A stretch of DNA of 64,000 nucleotides from an uncultured Verrucomicrobiota bacterium (GTDB taxonomy: Bacteria > Verrucomicrobiota > Verrucomicrobiia > Opitutales > Intestinicryptomonadaceae). The notes below the pieces were generated by a model. That model saw nothing but the letters and a program-made list of their open reading frames with translations, had not been told where the DNA came from and searched no databases. Below, one piece after another: positions 51,180 through 60,915 of the stretch; position 1 is the first letter of the stretch; each line of letters starts with the position of its first letter. Made by a program: the position numbers and the translations under genes. The stretch is from positions 2,686 to 66,685 of the forward strand of contig CASFDK010000022.1 of assembly GCA_949293415.1 (NCBI GenBank). Reading direction: 5' to 3'.

Positions 51180-51211
51180 TAGTGCGCCGAAAAAAGAAAG
51201 ATGGCACTGAA

Positions 51212-53209
51212 ATGATTGGTTATACAAGATTTTGCCGTATTATCGCGCTTTGTTCGGCGTGTGCCACCGCGGCGTTTTTGCCCGCCTGCGATTTTGTCAA
51301 AGAGAAAAAAACTCAGATAGAAAAGAAATACGTTTATTCTCCCGAGGAACTGAAAATTCGGGAGGCGGCGAAGAAATATTTTCCGTCCGACGAATCGCTT
51401 CAGGATGCTTGGATTTCGAAACAGCTCGAGGCATATTCGGTGCTCTCGAATTTCGTTCCCGACGTGCCCGTAGAGACGTTTGCGAGAATCCGCGAACGCG
51501 CCGACGCAAAGTTTCCGACGGACTATTCCGAGCGTCTGCGCTATCTGTCGGACCAATGCGAGGGGTTTTTGCGTTCCGATATGCTTTGCAAAACGTTCGC
51601 GCCCGCCGACTGTCGATATGTGCAGTCCCAAGCGGCGGAACGCTATCCCGACGATTTCGCGGCGCGGGTTGATTATGTAGAAAAATGGCGTACGGTTTTC
51701 TTGGAAATCGCCCGCAAACTGTCCTATTTCCCCAAGGACGAAAGCCCCGAAATAAGGAGGGCGGCGATTGACGCTTGCGGCGGCGATCCGCAGGCGGCGA
51801 TGGATTTCATCGATACCCAATATGCGGCGTTTCGCGATTTTGAAACGTTCGCGTGGCGCGCGGCGCGTACGGTGCGCGACCGTTCCGAGCGAATAAAGGA
51901 CGAAGTCCGGAAGGGCACGCCCGTAGACTACATCGTGCGGCGCGACGCCGTCGCCGCTTACCTTTCGGGGAATTCGTCTAAGTCGGGCGAATCGCAGTCG
52001 GAAAGGTTTGCCGCCGATTCCAAAACGAAAGCGGAGGAGATTTTCTCGAAATCGGTATTTACAAAACGCGGAGCGGAAAACGAAATATACGCGGCGGTGC
52101 TCGTAAAAATGCGCGGCAAGAGCGTGATATTGTGCACGAAAGAGTTCGTTCCCGAAAGATTTCCCGTGGTGTTCGCAAACAGCCGCGGGAAAATCGTCTG
52201 TTCGCGGGCGTACGTTTCGGACGAGCTTCCGATAGTACTGCTGGTACCCGACGATGAGCCGAAAGATTTCACCCCGATTGAAGTTGCAGACGCCTCCGAT
52301 TGCGCAAACCTTGTCAACCGTAAACTGTTCATGATAGCACCGCGCGGCGGCGGCTACGGCACGTTCGGCGTGTCCGTTCTTTCCGAGGACGAAAAATACC
52401 TCAATATGACGATGGCGACCGCGCCGACGGTTTCGTATTCGTCCAAAGTGCGTCCATTGGGGCGCAGCGGCGACAAGTTTCTTGTCAGCGTTTCGGAAGT
52501 GTCGGGTGTCGGCGAAAATTCCGTGGTGATTGACCCGAAATCGGGCAAATTGGTTTCGCTTGCGGTGAGGGTCTACAATCCGGGGGTGCTTTCGCACCAC
52601 GGAAAAACGGGTTCGATTATCGGGCACGAAAAAATGGCGATTCCCGATTTTACCACGTTCGTGCGCCAGTTCGACGGCACGGTAAACAAGACCTTCATCC
52701 CGTTCAGTTCGATAAGATTCGTCCGTCTTACCGCGTTCGATTCGTGGAAGCCGCTCGACCCCCAGCGTTACCAACGCCAGAAAAACGAAATCCGAAAAAT
52801 TACGGATATGAACAACGATTTTCTGATGTTTTTCAAAAACAACCGTTTCGACGAAGCCCTGCGCTCGCGCCGATTGGGGCGAATAGCCGAACGCTACCAG
52901 AAACCGTTTCTGCACGACAGGCTCTCGCGCGATTCCTACGAGCGCAAGTACAGGGAGTATATGCTCGATATCGTATACGCGCTCAAGGCGGAGCTTCAGC
53001 AGCCCGTTTATCCCGAGCAGTTTTATTCGATATACAGGCAGGAACTGATTTTCCAGCTCAAGCTCAGGCGGGCTATGTACGACTACATCGCCGAAAGCTC
53101 GAGCGACCCAAACATAATCAACGTTCTCCACACCGACCTCCAGACGCGCTACAACAACTGCGGCGTGAATACCGAGCGCATCGGAGGTTCGATTGGCGGG
53201 GGATATTGA
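51212..53209 (+). CDS. uncharacterised lipoprotein, paralog A of a tandem triplet
   Basis: Start moved to ATG 51212 because the track's GTG start lies directly after the -10 box. Lipobox FLPAC. Helical repeats (KYFPSDESLQDAWISKQ, AKFPTDYSERLRYLSDQ, ERYPDDFAARVDYVEKW). Gly-rich C-terminus GGSIGGGY. Confidence 0.7.
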   Translation: MIGYTRFCRIIALCSACATAAFLPACDFVKEKKTQIEKKYVYSPEELKIREAAKKYFPSDESLQDAWISKQLEAYSVLSNFVPDVPVETFARIRERADAKFPTDYSERLRYLSDQCEGFLRSDMLCKTFAPADCRYVQSQAAERYPDDFAARVDYVEKWRTVFLEIARKLSYFPKDESPEIRRAAIDACGGDPQAAMDFIDTQYAAFRDFETFAWRAARTVRDRSERIKDEVRKGTPVDYIVRRDAVAAYLSGNSSKSGESQSERFAADSKTKAEEIFSKSVFTKRGAENEIYAAVLVKMRGKSVILCTKEFVPERFPVVFANSRGKIVCSRAYVSDELPIVLLVPDDEPKDFTPIEVADASDCANLVNRKLFMIAPRGGGYGTFGVSVLSEDEKYLNMTMATAPTVSYSSKVRPLGRSGDKFLVSVSEVSGVGENSVVIDPKSGKLVSLAVRVYNPGVLSHHGKTGSIIGHEKMAIPDFTTFVRQFDGTVNKTFIPFSSIRFVRLTAFDSWKPLDPQRYQRQKNEIRKITDMNNDFLMFFKNNRFDEALRSRRLGRIAERYQKPFLHDRLSRDSYERKYREYMLDIVYALKAELQQPVYPEQFYSIYRQELIFQLKLRRAMYDYIAESSSDPNIINVLHTDLQTRYNNCGVNTERIGGSIGGGY

Positions 53210-53222
53210 CGGACATTTCGAT

Positions 53223-55178
53223 ATGAAAAGCATAACCATATTACTCATACTTCTCGCCGCAGTCGGCGGGTGGTACTACTATGACAAATACGGAATGCCC
53301 GTATCAAATACCCCGACCGAAGATGTGGCGGACGCGCGCGTGCTCGCGCTTTCCGTCCGCGCCGAAAAACTTTTCCCGACGAAAGAGGACGAGCGCAAGG
53401 CGTGGCTCGCCCGCCAGATTTCCGCAATGCAGGCGATAGACCGAAAGGCGGAGGGGCTCGACGCGGCGGTATTTTCGTCGATAGTCAAAACCGCGCGCGA
53501 CAGATACGGAACAGACTATGTAAAACAGCTCGATTTCGTCTCCGGACAGCGCGTTGCGGCACTCGACGTTGCGAATATGCTTGCAAATTCGGGCTTTTCT
53601 GCGGACGAAAAGGCGGCTCTCGAAAAACGCACGAAAGAGGCGTTCGGAAACGACTATGTTTTGCGCCGCGCAGTCTATTCGAACATCTTCGAGGCGTACG
53701 CGAATATGAAGAAAAAATCGGTGCTGCTTTCGCCCGAAGACTACAAAAAACTTTCCGAAAAACTTATGCCTACACTGCTCCGCAACCCGCAGCAGGCTCT
53801 CGAAATTTTCGAACGACAGGCGTTGGCGAGGCACAATTTCAAGACCAAGAGCATTCCGGAATCGTACGGCGATTTGCGCAAAGACATAGAGGAAAAATTT
53901 CCCGACGACTACGTTGCGCAGCTCGCCGAGCTCGACAGCCGCCTCGATTCCGCAATGCGCAGGGGGCGCGCACTCGGCTGGGGCACGGCTGGGCGCAATG
54001 TGATTACGCCGATTGCAAGGGAATACTTTGCGAAATACCTGTACGTCCACGACGCGAACGGCGTTCTGACGCTTTCGTTCGTCGCGAAAATCCGCGGCAA
54101 AAAGGTCGTGGCGTTTCCGACCTGCGCGCTCGATTCCGCCCCGAAGTCCTATTCGGTCGATTTGGGCGGCGGGAAGAAAATCTCGTCGAACAAAATCTAT
54201 CTGTCGAAAAACGCCGACTTCGGGATAATCCTGCCCGACGGAATCGACGACGTTTCGGAAGTCGAAACTGAGCAGGCGCCGAAGGGAAAAATAGCCGTCG
54301 AAATAGTCGGGGTTGACTTGTCGGGTTCGCAAATTTCGTTCTCGGCCTTCCTCGAAAACGGAAAGTTTCTCGAGTTCGAGCCGCACGTGAAAAAGGCTCT
54401 CGGCGAAAAACTGCGTAGCGGCGCGATAATCGTCGATTCCGAATCGAAAAAGGCGGTCGGACTGCTCGAATTCGAGCCCGACGGCGGGGCGTCCTATTAC
54501 GCCGACTTCGAAAACCCGACCGTGGAAATAGCGTTCGCCCAAAAGAAGAGGGTTTCGCGCTGGCACGGTCTGGGTGAGGCTCTTTCCTTCGGCGGAAAAA
54601 TCTGCATTCCGTCGGGGACGAAAAACTGCAGGGTTGTGCCGTTTTCGGAGCTCGAAACCGTCGTCCGTTACGACGCGGCGAAATTTTCGAAGCAGAAAGA
54701 CAACATCCGAAAACTGTGCCGCTCCAATTTCAGCGCGCTTGCGTTTATGCTCGGCGGATGTTTCGGCGAGGATATGAAAACCGAAATCGTTTCCGCCGTC
54801 GCCGAAAAATACAACCCGACATTCGTCAACGGCTCGCGCATGAACGTGGCGATGCTTCATATGCGCTTCAATTCGTATATGCGCGATGTCAGGCAGGCTC
54901 TCGTGCAGAATGTCCATTTTGCCCGAAGCGACTTTTATTCGGAGTATTATTTCCCGTTCCGCGAAACGGCGAAAAAACAGTCGCAACTGTTCGCCAAACT
55001 TTGCGGCGCGATAAACGGCGGCATTTCGTCGCAGGACAAAATGGCTGTTTTGCACGCCGACTTGGCGGAGTCGCTCAACGGCAATACATACGTGCCCCCA
55101 GGCCGCAATTTCAAGCGCGGCGGTTTCGGCTCGGAAGGCGGCGGCGGTTCTGTTCTGAAAATGGAAAACAGGGATTGA
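53223..55178 (+). CDS. uncharacterised membrane-anchored protein, paralog B
   Basis: Start at ATG 53223, 13 nt after A. TM anchor ILLILLAAVGGWYYY. Repeats KLFPTKEDERKAWLARQ, DRYGTDYVKQLDFVSGQ and EKFPDDYVAQLAEL. Gly-rich tail GGFGSEGGGGS. Confidence 0.7.
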   Translation: MKSITILLILLAAVGGWYYYDKYGMPVSNTPTEDVADARVLALSVRAEKLFPTKEDERKAWLARQISAMQAIDRKAEGLDAAVFSSIVKTARDRYGTDYVKQLDFVSGQRVAALDVANMLANSGFSADEKAALEKRTKEAFGNDYVLRRAVYSNIFEAYANMKKKSVLLSPEDYKKLSEKLMPTLLRNPQQALEIFERQALARHNFKTKSIPESYGDLRKDIEEKFPDDYVAQLAELDSRLDSAMRRGRALGWGTAGRNVITPIAREYFAKYLYVHDANGVLTLSFVAKIRGKKVVAFPTCALDSAPKSYSVDLGGGKKISSNKIYLSKNADFGIILPDGIDDVSEVETEQAPKGKIAVEIVGVDLSGSQISFSAFLENGKFLEFEPHVKKALGEKLRSGAIIVDSESKKAVGLLEFEPDGGASYYADFENPTVEIAFAQKKRVSRWHGLGEALSFGGKICIPSGTKNCRVVPFSELETVVRYDAAKFSKQKDNIRKLCRSNFSALAFMLGGCFGEDMKTEIVSAVAEKYNPTFVNGSRMNVAMLHMRFNSYMRDVRQALVQNVHFARSDFYSEYYFPFRETAKKQSQLFAKLCGAINGGISSQDKMAVLHADLAESLNGNTYVPPGRNFKRGGFGSEGGGGSVLKMENRD

Positions 55179-55182
55179 TATT

Positions 55183-57060
55183 ATGCGCAAGTTCACACTC
55201 GGTTTGTTGGCGGCTGCTCTCGCGGCGGTCGGGGGATATTATTATTACCGCGAAAACGTCGCCGCGCCCGTTGCCGACAACCCGCAGGACGCGCCGTATT
55301 TCGCGAAGGCTGCGGAGCTGTTTCCGAACGACGTAAAAGCCCAGCGCAAATGGATTGCTCAGGCGCGTTCGTACGCCGAAAAAATCGCCGCCCTTCCCGC
55401 CCCGAAATCGAAGTCCGATTCCGCGAAAATCCTCGCGCAGTCGGAGGAACTGTACCGTTTCGACTTCGACAGGAAACTCGAGTACGTCAAGGGACAGTTC
55501 GACGCGCTCAGGCGCATCGAGGCGTACGGAAACGACGAAAACATTCTGCCGTCCGAATACACGCTGATTCTCGAGGTTTCGGCGAAGGCTTCACCCGAAA
55601 ACTACAAGGCGCGCTACACCGCCGCGCTTTTGTACCATTCGATGTTCTCCGCAATCCGCCGCGCCGAGGAGGATTGCGACAGGACGGTCTTCAAAGTCAT
55701 TTACAACCGCTTCGTCGAAACATTCCGAACCGACCCAAAGGCCGCTTTCGACAGATTCGAGCGCGAGTACGCCGCGCTGAAATCGTTCAACGAGCAGAGT
55801 CTGCCTCCCGAAATCGACGGCGCGCGCGAGTATATCGCTTCGCAGACTTCCGACATCCTCGGGCGTTTCGACGCGCTTTCGCGCCTCTATGCCGACCCCG
55901 CGCGGAACGTCGACAAAGTCCTTTTGTCAACGCGCCGCCCCGACTGGAAAAATTTCGGAAAAATCAAGGACGTCCACAGGCGGATTGCGGAAAATTCCGT
56001 CTATACCGCCGAATCGCGCGGCACGCGATATAGTGCGCTTTACATAACTTCGGGCGGTAAAAACTATTTCGCGGTTCCATCGGAGTGCTTCCCCGAAAAT
56101 TCCGATACGCTGTTTTTCGAGCGCAACGGTAAACGCGTTCCCGCAACGGTTGCGCGGATAGGCGAACGCTTTCTGTTCTATCGCCCGAGCGGGGCGGTGG
56201 AGGGTTCGCCAGTGCGCATAACGCGCCTGAACCATACGCCGTCGTCCGTTTCGGCTTTCGGCTCGAACGCCTACGGGAAAATCGTTTCGCTCTACTGTTC
56301 GCTAAGCGGCGTTTCGAACGGCGTGCTCGAGTTCTACGACAGCGGCAGGGAATCGTTTTTGGCTACGGAATCTTTCGCGACTTCCGAGGACGGCGGCGAA
56401 GTCTACGCGATGGGGTTGCGGAGTTCGGCTGCGGTCAAAAACGCGTCGGCGGACGAAGACAGATTCGCCGAAATCAAAAAGGCGAAGCGGCCCTTCCCGA
56501 CGCTCGCAAAACAGTTTCGCCCGAATTTTTCCGCAAGGCAGACTGTTCAGGGCGGAATAATTTTCCGCCAACTCGGCTACGAATTTTCAAGATCGACGGT
56601 GTTCGACAGGGATAGTGACGACAAACTAAAACAACAGCTCTCCGACCTCGAAAGGAAAAATGCGGCGGTGTTTGCCGCGCTGCTCGAAAACTCGGTTTCG
56701 TCGCTTCTTTCCGAGCGCGTCCGCACGGATTTTCCGTCGCTCTACGCCGTGGGAAAGAACAGCGAACGCTTCTTCTTCGGAGGACGGAAAACGGACGCAA
56801 AGCGGTTCGTAGCGGGACTTCGATATTACTATTCGCTAATCCAAAAGGAACTCGAGCGCGAGCTTTACGAGGTTCGTAAAAAAACGCCGTCGCCGTTCCA
56901 TGCGGAAAAATTTGCGGCGGAAGTGGGCTTTTCCGAAAAACTGGTCGAGGCGTTAAAGGGAATTTCGGCGGAACGCGGCGATTTGACCGGGTTCATCCCG
57001 TCGGACGTGCTTTCGGGATGGAACGGCGTGTACTTCGTTGCGCCCGTCCGGGAAAAGTAG
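55183..57060 (+). CDS. uncharacterised membrane-anchored protein, paralog C
   Basis: Starts 4 nt after B. TM anchor LLAAALAAVGGYYYY. Repeats ELFPNDVKAQRKWIAQA and ELYRFDFDRKLEYVKGQ. Collinear with A and B. Confidence 0.7.
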   Translation: MRKFTLGLLAAALAAVGGYYYYRENVAAPVADNPQDAPYFAKAAELFPNDVKAQRKWIAQARSYAEKIAALPAPKSKSDSAKILAQSEELYRFDFDRKLEYVKGQFDALRRIEAYGNDENILPSEYTLILEVSAKASPENYKARYTAALLYHSMFSAIRRAEEDCDRTVFKVIYNRFVETFRTDPKAAFDRFEREYAALKSFNEQSLPPEIDGAREYIASQTSDILGRFDALSRLYADPARNVDKVLLSTRRPDWKNFGKIKDVHRRIAENSVYTAESRGTRYSALYITSGGKNYFAVPSECFPENSDTLFFERNGKRVPATVARIGERFLFYRPSGAVEGSPVRITRLNHTPSSVSAFGSNAYGKIVSLYCSLSGVSNGVLEFYDSGRESFLATESFATSEDGGEVYAMGLRSSAAVKNASADEDRFAEIKKAKRPFPTLAKQFRPNFSARQTVQGGIIFRQLGYEFSRSTVFDRDSDDKLKQQLSDLERKNAAVFAALLENSVSSLLSERVRTDFPSLYAVGKNSERFFFGGRKTDAKRFVAGLRYYYSLIQKELERELYEVRKKTPSPFHAEKFAAEVGFSEKLVEALKGISAERGDLTGFIPSDVLSGWNGVYFVAPVREK

Positions 57061-57108
57061 CCCTTCGGCGGTGCGTTGTCGGCGGGGACGTTGCGAAGCC
57101 GTGTTGTC

Positions 57109-57137
57109 TTGACAAGGCGGCGGTGTTCCAATATCAA
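57109..57137 (+). promoter_or_regulatory. candidate sigma-70 promoter
   Basis: TTGACA (57109-57114), a 17-nt spacer, then TATCAA (57132-57137). 38 nt upstream of the ATG at 57176. Confidence 0.45.
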
Positions 57138-57175
57138 GTCCGTTCTTAACTCTTTAATTCGGGGATATTGGCTTT

Positions 57176-58159
57176 ATGAAATTCTTTACGACTCTTTTTG
57201 CGTTGTCGGCATCGTGCTGCGCGCTCGCGCAATCCTATATGGTTACCGTTGAAACTATTGTCGGCAACCGTTCCGAAGACAAGTTCTGTTTTTCGCTCGA
57301 AAAGGACGTGAAACAGACAAAGGGATTCGACGGAAAACTGCTCGCCAAACGCTACAGGGCAAAGGGTTTTCCGCATAGAGGGTTGGCGGCGAAGGCGGCG
57401 CAGAAAGCCGAGGAGAAAAAGCTCGAAGAGTTTGCCGAATTGAGACCCGCGGAGATTGTGAAAAAATATCTCGAACAGGCGCGGAAAGAACTCGAATCGG
57501 CGCAGAAAGGCGAATCGGCGGCGGTCGGCAGGCGCGAATCGCTCGAGGATAAGGTGAAGACGCTCGAAAATCTCGACGAGCTTGCCTCGCGCGGCGCGGC
57601 GACGTTCGATGCCGAATACAACGAGTTCCGCAAACGCTACGGGCTTACCGACGAGGACTTGAACTACAAAAAGCTTCTCCAGAAACGTCCGCGCTACACG
57701 GGCGACATCGAGGAAATCGACTACGGCTCGTATTGCTCGATGGAAATCGTCAAAGCCACCGAGAAAAAAGTCTACATCGATATGAACTACGCCTACTCGA
57801 GAATCAACGGCAGTTTCTATTCCGACGGCAACAACAACTCGAACTCCATAACGAAACATCCGATAGTGGAACGTTTCGAAAAATTAGGCGTTAAGGATTT
57901 GAAAATTTCAATAGGCAAACCCTATTGCTTCCAGTTCGGCAGGCTTTCGCCCGAAAAGGCGCGGTCGCTGTCCGAGGCTCTTTCGAAGTCGGGCATATTC
58001 GGCGGGGGCGAAGGCGGGGAAACGGTGCAGGAATCGGCGCAACCGCAGGAAAGTTCGGAGCTCGACGCGCAGGGCTCGTACGCGGAAATCAAACGCAACT
58101 TCGCTTCCGACGGCGGACGCGTGGTGCGCGTTGTCATCACCGTAAAGCCCGAGAAATAG
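57176..58159 (+). CDS. secreted coiled-coil protein, uncharacterised
   Basis: Signal peptide MKFFTTLFALSASCCALA. Charged heptad-like central region (AQKAEEKKLEEFAELRPAEIVKKYLEQARKELESAQK). Gly/acidic segment GIFGGGEGGETVQESAQPQESSE. Confidence 0.65.
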   Translation: MKFFTTLFALSASCCALAQSYMVTVETIVGNRSEDKFCFSLEKDVKQTKGFDGKLLAKRYRAKGFPHRGLAAKAAQKAEEKKLEEFAELRPAEIVKKYLEQARKELESAQKGESAAVGRRESLEDKVKTLENLDELASRGAATFDAEYNEFRKRYGLTDEDLNYKKLLQKRPRYTGDIEEIDYGSYCSMEIVKATEKKVYIDMNYAYSRINGSFYSDGNNNSNSITKHPIVERFEKLGVKDLKISIGKPYCFQFGRLSPEKARSLSEALSKSGIFGGGEGGETVQESAQPQESSELDAQGSYAEIKRNFASDGGRVVRVVITVKPEK

Positions 58160-58197
58160 CAGCCGCTTGCGGATTCCGTTCGGAGTCCGCCCAATGC

Positions 58198-58236
58198 AAA
58201 AAAAATCGGAGCGCACGGAGCGTCCCGATTTTTTTT
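58198..58236. terminator. bidirectional intrinsic terminator between convergent genes
   Basis: A8, then hairpin ATCGGAGCGC / GCGTCCCGAT, then T8. Confidence 0.75.
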
Positions 58237-58274
58237 GCGCAGCGCGGCAAGGCAAAATTCCGCCGTGTGCCGTC

Positions 58275-59687
58275 CTAGAAATTCAAGCCGTATTGCAGCC
58301 CGAGAACGAAAGCGTCGCCGTACTGACCGCCGTTTGTGTTGAAAATGTACTGCGCGTTCGGCTGGATGAACGAGAACTTGTTTATCTGCACTTTGTAGTT
58401 CAGTTCGAACGCTATTTCATACGAATCACGCCTGTGGTCGGTGTACTTGTCCGAGAATTTTCCGTAGGCAACGCCGAAGCAGAGCACGTCGTCGGCGCGG
58501 GATTTGAACGGCGCGTTGAACAACAGCCCGCCGTTTGCGAAAATCGGCATATCGGCGAGGTTCTCGAAGGGGTCGTACTGGAACGCGCCCCAGAGCACGA
58601 TTCCGCGCAGGTCGCGCCATTTGTCTTCGTCGCGCACAATGTAGTAGGGTTCGTCCCTCTTGACCTGTCCGAGGTTGAAAATCATATAGTCCGCCTGCAC
58701 GTATATCGAGCAGTTGAAGTGCGAATATTCGGCTGGGTTGTCGATGTGCGGCGCGTTGTACCACGAGGCGATTATCCCCGCCGAGACGTTCGCGGGCGAT
58801 TTGCCGCTTGCGTCGTGGTTGAAATTTCTGCCGAGCTCGAAGTTTGCGTTCACTCCGTCGCCGTTGAACGCCCAGTCGAGCCCGTGCATATTGTCCTGCT
58901 TTTCGGTATTGATTTTGTAGACACCCGCCTTGGCGTAGCCCGCATCCTTGTGTTCGAGTTGCACATACGCAGCCCAAGTGCTTCCCGGGTACGCCGAAAG
59001 TCGGGTCTGCTTGAACGCTCCCACGGGATTGCCGTCGAATGCGTTGTTTTGGTAGAGCCAGTAAATCGGCTTCGACATAAAGTTGTCGCCCGCGGCGAAG
59101 CGTCCGATTTTAAAAGTCAGCACAATGTCGGAGTGTAGGTTTTTGTCGAACGCCAAATAAAGCGACTGCAGTTGAAGTGTCTGCGAACCGTAGTTTTGTT
59201 GCACGTTGAAGGCGTTGCCTATCCGCGTTTTCGTTATGCTGTTGCCGAAACGCCAGCCCCACGCGTTGCCGATACTCCAGCCTTCGAGCGCGTCTATGTC
59301 CGTAAGCTCCTTTAGGTTCACGCCGAGCCCGAGATTTACCGAACTTGAGTTGTCGGCCCCGCGCGACATTCCGCCGCAGGTGTTCGCCGCAAAGTTGCCC
59401 ACATACGCAACCGACGGAACGATTCCGCCGCGTTCCGCATAACGTCTCAACCCGTAGACGTTGGCAGTCGCGTGCGGCGCATTGAACCATTCGTCTAAAG
59501 TTAAATGATGGTATTTTTTGTCTTTTATTATGCTGTCGTAATATTTGGGCACCATCTCTATCGGCGCGCCCGTGTCCTTGTCGAAAAGCGGAAGAGCGAA
59601 ATATTCCTTCGGCGCAGCTTGCAGGTTGTTCAATGCAAACACTGCGGCAGCCGCTGCAGCGGCTTTCGATAATATTCCGATTTTCAT
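58275..59687 (-). CDS. carbohydrate-selective porin, OprB-family-like
   Basis: Signal peptide ending LQA. The block GGMSRGADNSSSVNLGLGVNLKELTDIDALEGWSIGN resembles the OprB family. Beta-barrel terminus LQYGLNF. Confidence 0.65.
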   Translation of the reverse strand: MKIGILSKAAAAAAAVFALNNLQAAPKEYFALPLFDKDTGAPIEMVPKYYDSIIKDKKYHHLTLDEWFNAPHATANVYGLRRYAERGGIVPSVAYVGNFAANTCGGMSRGADNSSSVNLGLGVNLKELTDIDALEGWSIGNAWGWRFGNSITKTRIGNAFNVQQNYGSQTLQLQSLYLAFDKNLHSDIVLTFKIGRFAAGDNFMSKPIYWLYQNNAFDGNPVGAFKQTRLSAYPGSTWAAYVQLEHKDAGYAKAGVYKINTEKQDNMHGLDWAFNGDGVNANFELGRNFNHDASGKSPANVSAGIIASWYNAPHIDNPAEYSHFNCSIYVQADYMIFNLGQVKRDEPYYIVRDEDKWRDLRGIVLWGAFQYDPFENLADMPIFANGGLLFNAPFKSRADDVLCFGVAYGKFSDKYTDHRRDSYEIAFELNYKVQINKFSFIQPNAQYIFNTNGGQYGDAFVLGLQYGLNF

Positions 59688-59752
59688 TGCTGTGCAGACG
59701 TGGTTATTCGTGGGGTCATCCTAATTTTTATTCGGACGAAATCAACGAAATT

Positions 59753-60613
59753 TTAGTCGTCGGCGCGTGCGTCCGCGCGGCTTTGCGCGCTCTTTATTTC
59801 CGCTATCGTGATTGCGGGCGTGCACATAAAGCGCACGGGAATACGGCTTGTTCCGAGTCCGCGCGTAGTGTATACGATATTGTCGCCGCTTCGGAAAAAT
59901 CCCTCGATGGGAATTTTTTTCGCAAGGACTTTCTCCGCCACGTTTCCGAAAAACGGCAGGCGGATTTGTCCGCCGTGCGTATGCCCCGAAAACATTGCCG
60001 CGCACCCTTTCGGCATTTCCGCAAACACGTCGGGGATGTGCGATAAAAATATGACATCGGCGTTTTCGGGAATGTTTTCGAATGTCGGAATCATAAAATA
60101 GTTGCGCGTCTGCGCGTCGGCAATTCCGGCAAGGTAGAACGCGCCGCGACCGGTTTCGACTTTTGCGCTCGAATTTTCGAGCAGGGGAATCTTCGCGTCG
60201 GCGAGCATCTTTCTTATCGGCGTCGTTCCGTAGTAGGTGTCGTGGTTGCCGAGCACGGCGTAGACTCCGAGCGGTGCGGAGAACTTGGCGAAGCTCTTTG
60301 CGAGCCTGTCCATTCCCATTTTCGATTCGCATACGGAGCCGTTCGTGTAGTCGCCGAGCAGGAGAATCAAGTCGGGCTTGGCGGCGTTCGTTTTTTTCAC
60401 GATTCTTTCGACGCGCCAAATTTCGGCGGGATTCGCCCCCGCGTGGATGTCGGAGACGAGCACAACCTTCAGACCGTCCAAGTTTTTGCTCCAATTCGGC
60501 GATTCGATTTCGGCGGAGTCGTAGTCGAGAAAAATGTACGGTTCTACGACAAGCCCCCAAATCCAGAGGGATATTATGGGCAGTATTGCCGACAACTTGA
60601 AAAACGGTTTCAT
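59753..60613 (-). CDS. metallophosphoesterase
   Basis: Calcineurin-like motifs VSDIHAG, LLGDY, LGNHD and SGHTHGGQ. N-terminal TM/signal segment. Confidence 0.85.
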   Translation of the reverse strand: MKPFFKLSAILPIISLWIWGLVVEPYIFLDYDSAEIESPNWSKNLDGLKVVLVSDIHAGANPAEIWRVERIVKKTNAAKPDLILLLGDYTNGSVCESKMGMDRLAKSFAKFSAPLGVYAVLGNHDTYYGTTPIRKMLADAKIPLLENSSAKVETGRGAFYLAGIADAQTRNYFMIPTFENIPENADVIFLSHIPDVFAEMPKGCAAMFSGHTHGGQIRLPFFGNVAEKVLAKKIPIEGFFRSGDNIVYTTRGLGTSRIPVRFMCTPAITIAEIKSAQSRADARADD

Positions 60614-60778
60614 TAAACGGGTTGAGCGCGGGTAATAGTGCGGTTATCGCGATGCTTTCGCAAGCAGAATGTTGTTTTTTTACGCAGTAGGCGGATAAAA
60701 TGGGGAAATAAAGGCTTTTGCCGAATTTTTTTCTTGCCCAAACGGAGGAAAATATATGTCATCACGTCTTTCAAATCA

Positions 60779-60869
60779 GGAGAGGTGGCGGAGTGGCCGA
60801 TCGCGCTGGTTTGCTAAACCGGTGTAGGGATTTAAACCCCTACCGTGAGTTCGAATCTCATCCTCTCCG
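60779..60869 (+). tRNA. tRNA-Ser (anticodon GCU)
   Basis: Hand-folded. 7-bp acceptor GGAGAGG/CCTCTCC, 3-bp D stem, anticodon stem CTGGT/ACCGG with loop TTGCTAA, long variable arm (GTAGGG...CCCTAC), T arm GTGAG-TTCGAAT-CTCAT, discriminator G. CCA not encoded. Confidence 0.95.
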
Positions 60870-60888
60870 TGATTTGAATGAATTTTTG

Positions 60889-60915
60889 CGGACGCTAAAG
60901 CGTCCGTTTTTTTTT
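60889..60915 (+). terminator. intrinsic terminator after tRNA-Ser
   Basis: Stem CGGACGC / GCGTCCG with loop TAAA, followed by T9. Confidence 0.8.

Noticed and set aside
51201-51216. A perfect TGGCAC hexamer just before the start of paralog A.
   Set aside because: No GC dinucleotide lies at the -12 position (TGGCACtgaaaTGAT). It also sits between the sigma-70 -10 box and the ATG, where a promoter would leave no room for a leader.
51173-55196. 691-aa (51173-53248) and 630-aa (53304-55196) minus-strand ORFs opposite paralogs A and B.
   Set aside because: They are Arg/Phe/Val-rich with no signal or TM logic. The plus-strand frames give three mutually homologous proteins with anchors, tight spacing and promoter/terminator context, so the plus strand is the coding one.
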